A stretch of DNA of 61,627 nucleotides, filler included, from Nemertoderma westbladi (lineage: Eukaryota > Animalia > Xenacoelomorpha): assembly GCA_032718475.1 (NCBI GenBank). It is 3 parts of 3 records of this genome, joined end to end, with 100 filler letters (N's around TTAATTAATTAA, not from the genome) between each part and the next. Parts side by side here need not be neighbours in the genome. Positions count along the whole stretch, not along the records: positions 38,735 to 61,627 come from JAUCBJ010001508.1; 2 more parts are not named here. One strand, given 5' to 3'. This document shows, one piece after another, positions 53,871 to 61,627 of the stretch. The number at the start of each line of letters is the position of its first letter. The stretch's first letter is position 1. Made by a program: the position numbers and the translations under genes. The notes under the pieces are model-generated. The model saw nothing but the letters and a program-made list of their open reading frames with translations. It made no database searches and was not told where the DNA came from.

Positions 53871-54356
53871 ACTCAATGTTTTAGATACCCCGTGCAACTA
53901 CGTATATTCTCTGCCCATCGTATTTTCAGTTCAGTAACATATTAAAATATTTTCCTTTTTATAAACATACAGTACAGTCATTTCTATCCTATTTTAAATT
54001 GGACCATTTTATTTTCAGTAACATATTTCAATATTTTATATAAATATACAATACAGTACAGTACAGATGCTTAATGAACAATTATTATATATCTGATTGA
54101 AGGTCTTTGCATTGGCTTGTCGGTACTTTTGTTGTTCTGTTAACTATTTTATTATGTTATCGTCAATGTTCATATTTTAATTGCGTAAATTTTAGCTGAT
54201 TTGACGTCTAATAAAAAATTCCAATTCCAATTCCAGTCTGACAGTGCTTGTGTAGCGCCGCTTCGGAGGATTACCTGAACTACTGGAACTAGGCCTATAG
54301 TATATACCAGTATATACTGATATACAGCTACCGGTACCGGTGCTCAACATTATTAA

Positions 54357-54512
54357 TTAGATAGATAGATAGATAGATAGATAGATTTATTTATACATTA
54401 TGTAAAAACAATAACAAATACACCAAACAATGTACCGGTATAAATGTATTGTCCAACATAACATATAGGATTACCCCTAAAGCTTTGCAGCTTATTTCCA
54501 AGGGGGTCCTTT
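54357..54512 (-). mobile_element. L2/Crack-type 3' end with (TCTA)n tail
   Basis: Minus strand AGGACCCCCTTGGAAATAAG...TAGGGGTAATCCT stem (like 53809-53853), then AATAAA and a TCTA microsatellite. Confidence 0.7.
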
Positions 54513-55476
54513 ATGTTACTTGGTTACAAATACAATATTACACTACGCTAACCTAAAACCAATATAAAACGTAATTACACTATGTACATGTACAACTTTA
54601 CCGAGAGCGTGACAATGTCCGACTCAACGATAAAGATGTAATGTACAGAACAATTTATTATAAAACGTAATTACAGTATAAATAGTAAATAATTAATAAA
54701 CTAATAACTTACTGTAGGACTATTGTACCTATTTTTACATTGCACACGGAGATGAGATTTAACTGCAGATTTAAAAGAAGAAACATTAATTAAGAAACAT
54801 TAAAATATAGAAAGCATTACTTGAAAGCAATAGGTAGCCTAATTGAAAAAACTAAAACCAGAAATAGATTCTGCATAAATTTTTACCCCGGAGCTTCAGA
54901 GTGCAGAGTGTGTATGTTCATCATTCAAACTGTTTATCATGAAAACATTCATTACTGCAGTACTGCTAACATAAACAACATGGCCTTTGCTAGCGAAGTC
55001 TGGATTTACCGTTTGCCAGTCCTTGCTTCAGTAGTCCTTGTGACTGCTACATAACCAGTAGACCGGGAGTACGAATACACTATGCACTAGGCACTAGGCA
55101 GCTAGGGAAATTAAATTTAACCAGTGGTGGATTTGGTCAGAGTGTGAAAAAAAAATGCAGGGTGAGTTTTCACTAGAGGCAAGAGGGGGTTTTGGGCATC
55201 ATATTGGGTATATTTGGGCAAGATTTGAAATGCTCTCAAGGTGAATTATATTTTAATTTGTTTTGTGAACTACTGTATATTTAAATACTGTCTGTAAATT
55301 GTGTGCGGTCATTCTGGAACAAAATATAAGCTGATAAGAGCCCTTACAGGCAGACAGGCTCACATCAACTGTCAACCGGTTAAATTACACTACTGCACTA
55401 GGGAAATTACACCCCGGGGGTGAGGATACACTCAATTTTAAGTATCATTGCTCTGCTTTGCCTTCGTTTTCACTAG

Positions 55477-56420
55477 AGTAACTTATCCATTTGTAATTCA
55501 TCCATCTCTACCCGGACACGGGGAAATGTTACATAAGGCCTACTGTAACTTATCCATCACTACCCGGACACGGGGTCATGTTACATAAGGCCTACTGTAA
55601 CTTATCCATCACTACCCGGACACAGGGTCATGTTACATACGGCCTACTGTAACTTATCCATTTGTAATTCATCCATAACTACCCGGACACGGGGTCATGT
55701 TACATACGGCCTACTGTAACTTATCCATCACTACCCGGACACGGGGTCATGTTACATAAGGCCTACTGTGACTTATCCATATCCATTTGTAACTCATCCA
55801 TCTCTACCCGGACACGGGGTCATGTTACATACGGCCTACTGTAACTTATCCATTTGTAACTCATCCATCTCTACCCGGACACGGGGAAATGTTACATAAG
55901 GCCTACTGTAACTTATCCATCACTACCCGGACACGGGGTCATGTTACATAAGGCCTACTGTAACTTATCCATCACTACCCGGACACGGGGTTATGTTACA
56001 TACGGCCTACTGTAACTTATCCATTTGTAATTCATCCATAACTACCCGGACACGGGGTCATGTTACATACGGCCTACTGTAACTTATCCATCACTACCCG
56101 GACACGGGGTCATGTTACATAAGGCCTACTGTGACTTATCCATATCCATTTGTAACTCACCCATCTCTACCCGGACACGGGGTCATGTTACACACGGCCT
56201 TCTGTAACTTATCCATATCCATTTGTAACTCATTCATCACTACCCGGACACTGGGACATGTTACATTGGGCCTACTGTAACTTATCCATCACTACCCGGA
56301 CACGGGGTCATGTTACTTAAGGCATACTGTATTTTATCAATTTGCTACATATCCTTATCCATCACTACCCGGGCACGGGGTCGTCATGTTACATAGGGCC
56401 TACTGTGACTTATCCGTTAC
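55477..56420. repeat. 52-bp minisatellite with longer variants and ~364-bp higher-order repeat
   Basis: Unit TGTAACTTATCCATCACTACCCGGACACGGGGTCATGTTACATAAGGCCTAC; the GGGGAAATG variant occurs near 55520 and 55883. Confidence 0.93.
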
Positions 56421-56656
56421 TATCTGTGTGCGGTGTCAAGTAACAAATTACGTTTAATTGGTTTTTTGTGAATAAAGAGGTTCGGTATTAAATCGCTCAA
56501 TTGTGTACAAATTTTTTAATTGAAAGTGATATTTGGTTGTTTGTTTTATATTTTGTTCCATTTTCATTGGGATACTATTCATTTACTTTAAAATCAAACT
56601 ATGATTCATATGTGTATATGACTATTATACGTATTGTATATAATTTTTTATATTTT

Positions 56657-56831
56657 AAGGGGTACAGCACCTACTAGCAAATTGTGCTATCTTGCTGGCC
56701 CCGCCATTGAGTAGGACTGCCCACTGTCTCTTTTTTATATCCTTTTTTGGGTGTTGTTTTGGTTTATTTAGTGGTGCAGGGTATGTTTATCGACAATTAT
56801 TAAATAAAACAATAAGTCAAGTCAAGTCAAG
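56657..56831 (+). mobile_element. Probable LINE 3' end with (AGTCA)n tail
   Basis: AGGGG...CTAGCA...TGCTA...GGCCCC stem, AATAAA, then AGTCAAGTCAAGTCAA. Confidence 0.45.
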
Positions 56832-57040
56832 AGGCAAGAGGGGGTTATATAACACTAGGGAAATTACACCCCGGGCTGCCGGGGGTGAGAATACACTCAG
56901 TTTTAAGTATCATTGCTCCGCTTTGCCTTCGTTTTCACTAGACAGCTAGAGGCAAGAGAGGGTTAAATTACACTTGGGAAATTACAACCCGGGGGTGAGA
57001 ATACACTCAGTTTTAAGTTTCATTGCTCTGCTTTGCCTTC
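56830..57040. repeat. Two tandem copies of a ~100-120-bp repeat; third copy at ~55385-55476
   Basis: GGGAAATTACA...GGGGGTGAG[A/G]ATACACTCA...TCATTGCTC.GCTTTGCCTTC occurs three times, on both sides of the 52-bp array and just upstream of MAP2K5. Confidence 0.85.
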
Positions 57041-57162
57041 ATGTACTGATGAAACATAATACTGTCTGACTGTAATAGTAGAATAGTGCAGAGCCAGAGA
57101 GCAGAAGAACCTGTTTTCTGTCTAGGTCTACCAAAACCAAACCAAGCTGTAATCTATCAGTC

Positions 57163-58031
57163 ATGCTTCTTCGTATTTGCTGTGGTGACCGGAATTTTGA
57201 CTGGACTTTAAACTCAATCACCGATGTTTGTTTTGAAGACATAATAAATGTAATGTCTAGAATAACAGATGATTCAATAGTAACTGCATTCGACTACCTT
57301 GATGAAGATGGCGAAAGAGTTACAGTTAGATCAGACGAGGAAGTTATGGCAATGAAGGAATATTACTCAATGTTTCCTCAGGTAAACCAAGCACTCAAAC
57401 TCTATCCAATAACTCGTAGGTCTCTTAGAGACAGAAACATACACAAACTGAAAGTAAATACATTGGATACAAACATGATAGTAACTACCAACCCATCTGG
57501 ATCAACCCATCAAGTGATGGATTCTAGTCGTCCTTTCCAACCAAACTCAGATTGTAAAAATATGATGATTGATTCAACATTTTCAAATGAAACAACATCT
57601 CTAACTGACATTCAAACTCTCTTTACAACAGGCATTCTATCTGCCTCTGATATTGAACAGTTGGATGTGCTGGGTTGTGGGTCGAGTGGTTGCGTATATC
57701 GTTGTCTTAACAAACTTTCTAATAATCTCATCGCTGTTAAGGTAATCTCTCTTGATATAACTGCGGAGTCACGATGTGGTATCATCAACGAATTAGCGGT
57801 GCTCCACCACTGTGCGCACCCGAGTATAATAGAGTTCTATGGGGCATACTTTGTTGAGAACTCTGTACATCTTTGTACAGAGTTAATGGATGCCGGGTCG
57901 GTAGACAGGTACAAACCAATACCCGAGTCTGTGGTTGGTAAGATGTTTGTGGGAGTTATTGAAGGTCTATCCTTTCTATGGGGGAGGTCTTTCCTTCATA
58001 GGGATGTTAAACCCACCAATATCGTACTAAG
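57163..58031 (+). CDS. MAP2K5: MAP kinase kinase 5 (MEK5), exon 1: PB1 domain and kinase N-terminal part
   Basis: PB1 OPCA motif FDYLDEDGERVTVRSDEE, LGCGSSGCV, AVKVI, EFYGAYFVEN, HRDVKPTN. Donor AG|GTATTT at 58031/58032 (phase 2). Confidence 0.92.
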
Positions 58032-58400
58032 GTATTTTCACATATTCATACCACCAATTTGTAGATATTATTTTTAATGTAAAATCCATATTGTGCAAGC
58101 ACCAAGGGGCATCATCCACTCGTGCAACTGTTGCTTTGATACAATTAATACCAGGACCACACCATGCAATCATGGTTTCTAACTAGACCTACCGGTACTG
58201 ATTTATTAAATTATATATCAGTACCGGTACCAAAAAGAACATCCCTATCATTATAACTGCGATGGGGGTAAAAACTTTATGCATCTGGTATTATTTATCT
58301 GGTAGGCCTACTGGTACCTATGTAAGGCAGTAATGTATTATTATATCAAAATGAACAAATCTACTAGGTGGTACGGATATGTGAATTAATCCATTATTAG

Positions 58401-58833
58401 TCGGTCTGGTGTAGTTAAACTCTGCGACTTTGGGGTCAGTCGGCAGTTGGTCGACTCGGTAGCTAAAACCTATATCGGAACCAACGGTTATATGTCTCCC
58501 GAACGCATTGAGGGAAGAGCGTATGGTGTCCCAGCTGATGTCTGGAGTTTAGGACTGACTTTGTACGAGTTGGTTACTGGTTACTATCCATTCCCTATCC
58601 TAACATCCTTTCAACCTATTGAACTCCTTACAGCTATTGTAGAAGGGTCGCCTCCGATGTTAACTGGTGCCGGACCCGACATCACAGATTTTATTAACCT
58701 TTGTCTAATAAAAGATCCGTTGTTACGAACAGTTTCTGTGAGACTTCATCCTTTTTATATCAACAATAAAACTGCTGATCTTCAGACTGAGATATCGAAT
58801 TGGGTAGCGAGCAAACTACAAACTACCATGTAG
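58401..58833 (+). CDS. MAP2K5: MEK5 exon 2 (spliced product 433 aa)
   Basis: Acceptor TTATTAG at 58394-58400 joins in frame: [39 protein letters not shown] (MEK5-type SxAKT activation loop), DVWSLG, stop at 58831-33. Confidence 0.92.
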
Positions 58834-59947
58834 TTACTTGGAACTTAGCTGCAGCCCATGGTTGATGCTTGGTTTATATATATATATATATATATACATA
58901 TATTTTATTTATATATATATATCAGAATTATTTTTCATTATTCGTCTTCAAAATATTACATTATGGAATGTTATTATAATATATTGTAATATATTTAATA
59001 TACTAATTATCTTGTTCATAAATATATTATTATATCATATTTTCTTACAAAACACTGGTTACTCTGGCAAAACTGTTATCTGATGCCAGTCAAGTAGGTA
59101 CTGAAGTACCGTATGACATGCGTTATGTTATATTATATATTGAGGAAAATTGTTAAGAATGAAACTAACACCCGATGTAAATATTATAAATCAAAATTGT
59201 TTTTAACCAGTTACAGTTTTTATTTGTTACCGGTACTATTAATTTCACAATAAAAATATAATTTTGTGCGCACAGTAAAATAATTTAGTAGCCTAATTAA
59301 GTAAAATTTAATTGAATTACTAAATGATTTTTCTGTTTTAATAAATTATATATTTTACATATGTTACTGTGATATTAATAATAACAAAGAAAAACTGTAA
59401 CTGGCTATTTGGTAACAAATTATTTTGATTAATATTAAATAGGCCTATATAGCGCTATCGCTATATACAGATATACATTTAATTTGTATTTATTACGGTA
59501 ATTGATAAAACCGTAGTTGAGGTCCGGTAGCTTGTTATAGTCATATAAATATAAGTTGATTCTGATTCAGTTCACCATGTAAAAATATAGTAAAACAATT
59601 TAATTTTATTTGAAAACACATATTGCTGTATTGCCATTCGATTGAGAATAATGTTGAATAAAGTAAATAAATGTACCGGTACCGGTATATTAACTACCGG
59701 TATATGTAAATGCAATGCATCCTAGGTATCTTATTATATATATATATATATCAGTATATAGGAGGTTAATCATATAGTATAATAATAATGTAATTGTTAC
59801 ATTCAATAGATCATAACTTTTCTCAGTGCTATTAATCAACATTGTTTTATTATAATTTTTAATAACGGTTATTCTCAAAGTTTTTGCCCATTAGTTTATA
59901 TAGGCTTGATATATAAACTAGTTGGGACTTAGCAATCCTATTTGTAG

Positions 59948-59950
59948 CTT

Positions 59951-59990
<40 letters not shown>

Positions 59991-59993
59991 AAG
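59948..59993. repeat. Perfect 46-bp palindrome CTTCC(TA)18GGAAG
   Basis: Directly visible. Confidence 0.9.
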
Positions 59994-60369
59994 TAAGGGG
60001 TGGTTTAGTTCTTTATAGCTGGTCTCTCGGTAGATATATAAAATTAAAAAAGTTTGGTTGAGTTCCAAATCATAGTTTGTCCATTAAAATATATTACCGG
60101 TATGTAAATAGTAAATAATAAATAAATAACTCAAATAAATTATGTTTTGTTATTATATGTAGCCGTAGCATGTAGGCCTGGCATATGTGAACGACCACGA
60201 CCATAATGTTGTTTAATAGGTTGTCAACTCAGCACATTACGTTACATTCTAGGGCTTTATATCCCGTTCCTATATTCTGATCTGCTGATTGCCATATACT
60301 GATATAGGCCTAATGTATCGATATGGATACCGGTATGCCAAGCAGTTTATAAGCTAACAGTTACCTGAA

Positions 60370-61627
60370 ATGGAACCAACCCCATTGGGACATGTGTTTC
60401 CTCCAACCCCGCAAGATGGCGTGTCCTGTTCAACCAGCCGGGACTCATCCCCAATTGTTGAGCCGCTTCTCGGCAGTTCAACCGACTCACCCTCCACATC
60501 TATCACATCAATCTCCAGCACTCCCTTAATCCCAACCCCACCCCTTACAACCACGCCAACCTCCACAAGCTCCACAGACCCCTGCCCGATTTGCTTGGGG
60601 AAATTTAACAATGTATCGATTCTAGAATCTTGTTTCCACCAGTTTTGCTATGAGTGCATACTGGAATGGGCAAATATAAACACAGTATGTCCACTCTGTA
60701 AAACTCCTTTTACAAGAATAATTCATTCTATTAACTCTCAGCGTGACTACCAGACTCGAGAGGTCACCAACAGGCAGACGCGATTGACCCAAATACTCGA
60801 CTTAATAAACCCAACCTTAGCGTATTCTAGAATAGCAGGAACTAACCAATCGCGTTCTGGTTACTCCCTACGTCTGGGGCGCTTCCACCAGCATAGCAAC
60901 CTACTCACCGGCACTCAACGGCCTTCCTTAGACGACGTGGTTCGTAGTACCGCGGTTATCAACCGAACCCCCCATCACCCTGCGTTCAACCCTAACCGAC
61001 ATGCATCTCAACCTCTCAATCACGTTTTTAAGACGCGATCGGAAGCTAATAATAATAATACGAGCCGCGAGTTACCCCGGGAGATATCCACCCGACCTGT
61101 CGACTCAACTTTCAGACGTCGAGTCTACCAGAACGGACTGCGAGTTCTCCATTGCGGCTCCCATAAAGTACGATCCATCTCCCCCGCCTTCCTCCGAGAC
61201 AACCCAGCCTGTTTACACCGCCTTGTTCCCTGGATATCCCGTGAACTCACCGCTATTCTCGGTTCGCACTCAGACACCCAATCGATCACTATGTTTATAA
61301 TATCTCTCATGCAACGCGTTCACGTTTGCAGCGACGAGTTTCGCGCCCGAGTTGCTCCGTATATCTCTGGCTCAGCTCCCGTAGATCACTTCCAACATGA
61401 GTTGTCTTCCTTTGCGACCAGCCCTTTTGATATGCGCAGTTACGATAACCACGCGGTCTACGATTACGTGGACAGCGGAGGCGTGGCTGTTAGATCCTCT
61501 CTAACGGCTTCGGACGACTCTTCCGTGAGTCTGGGAGTTGTTTGTGCCGGTTCTACTTCTGGAGTTATTGCGAGTGAAGGAAGGGCTGTTGGTGAGGCTT
61601 CGCGTTCGTCTGGAGTCGTTAGTGGAG
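60370..61627 (+). CDS. TOPORS: E3 ubiquitin/SUMO ligase Topors, 5' part; open to the window end and absent from the ORF track
   Basis: Manual translation from ATG 60370: C3HC4 RING CPICLGKFNNVSILESCFHQFCYECILEWANINTVCPLCK, then Topors blocks FRRRVYQNG, NPACLHRLVPWISREL and HFQHELSSFATSPFDM. A possible acceptor CTAACAG at 60360 suggests an upstream exon. Confidence 0.93.
   Translation, partial: MEPTPLGHVFPPTPQDGVSCSTSRDSSPIVEPLLGSSTDSPSTSITSISSTPLIPTPPLTTTPTSTSSTDPCPICLGKFNNVSILESCFHQFCYECILEWANINTVCPLCKTPFTRIIHSINSQRDYQTREVTNRQTRLTQILDLINPTLAYSRIAGTNQSRSGYSLRLGRFHQHSNLLTGTQRPSLDDVVRSTAVINRTPHHPAFNPNRHASQPLNHVFKTRSEANNNNTSRELPREISTRPVDSTFRRRVYQNGLRVLHCGSHKVRSISPAFLRDNPACLHRLVPWISRELTAILGSHSDTQSITMFIISLMQRVHVCSDEFRARVAPYISGSAPVDHFQHELSSFATSPFDMRSYDNHAVYDYVDSGGVAVRSSLTASDDSSVSLGVVCAGSTSGVIASEGRAVGEASRSSGVVSG

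Overview
AT-rich invertebrate animal genomic DNA. It is three contigs joined by artificial 100-nt spacers (N44-TTAATTAATTAA-N44 at 30745-30844 and 38635-38734), so adjacency across the spacers means nothing. Contig 1 (1-30744) holds two ~8.8-kb hexamer-variant satellite arrays (GGTACC/GGTACT/TGTACT...), each followed by the same ~855-bp flank. Between them lie an intact TA-flanked pogo-superfamily DD35D transposon, a degenerate GATATTGGTTATTGGTATC zone and a perfect 1.43-kb (GGTATC)n tract. Contig 2 has a 33-bp minisatellite, a nest of RTE LINE and BEL/Pao fragments, and an RNase T2 exon. Contig 3 has a BEL/Pao pol followed by a G-U-rich RNA hairpin and a disrupted twin zinc-knuckle ORF, a SINE, a CR1 LINE with intact ORF2, L2/Crack tails, minisatellites, a two-exon MAP2K5 (MEK5) gene and the 5' part of TOPORS. 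Most of the long repeat-derived ORFs in the track are not genes. Best leads: (1) the satellite may be built from TA-transposon excision footprints (TACCGGTA); (2) a structured-RNA plus extra-ORF module downstream of BEL pol; (3) a possible two-template retrotransposition event inside one 9-bp TSD; (4) GW-repeat tail on the transposase.
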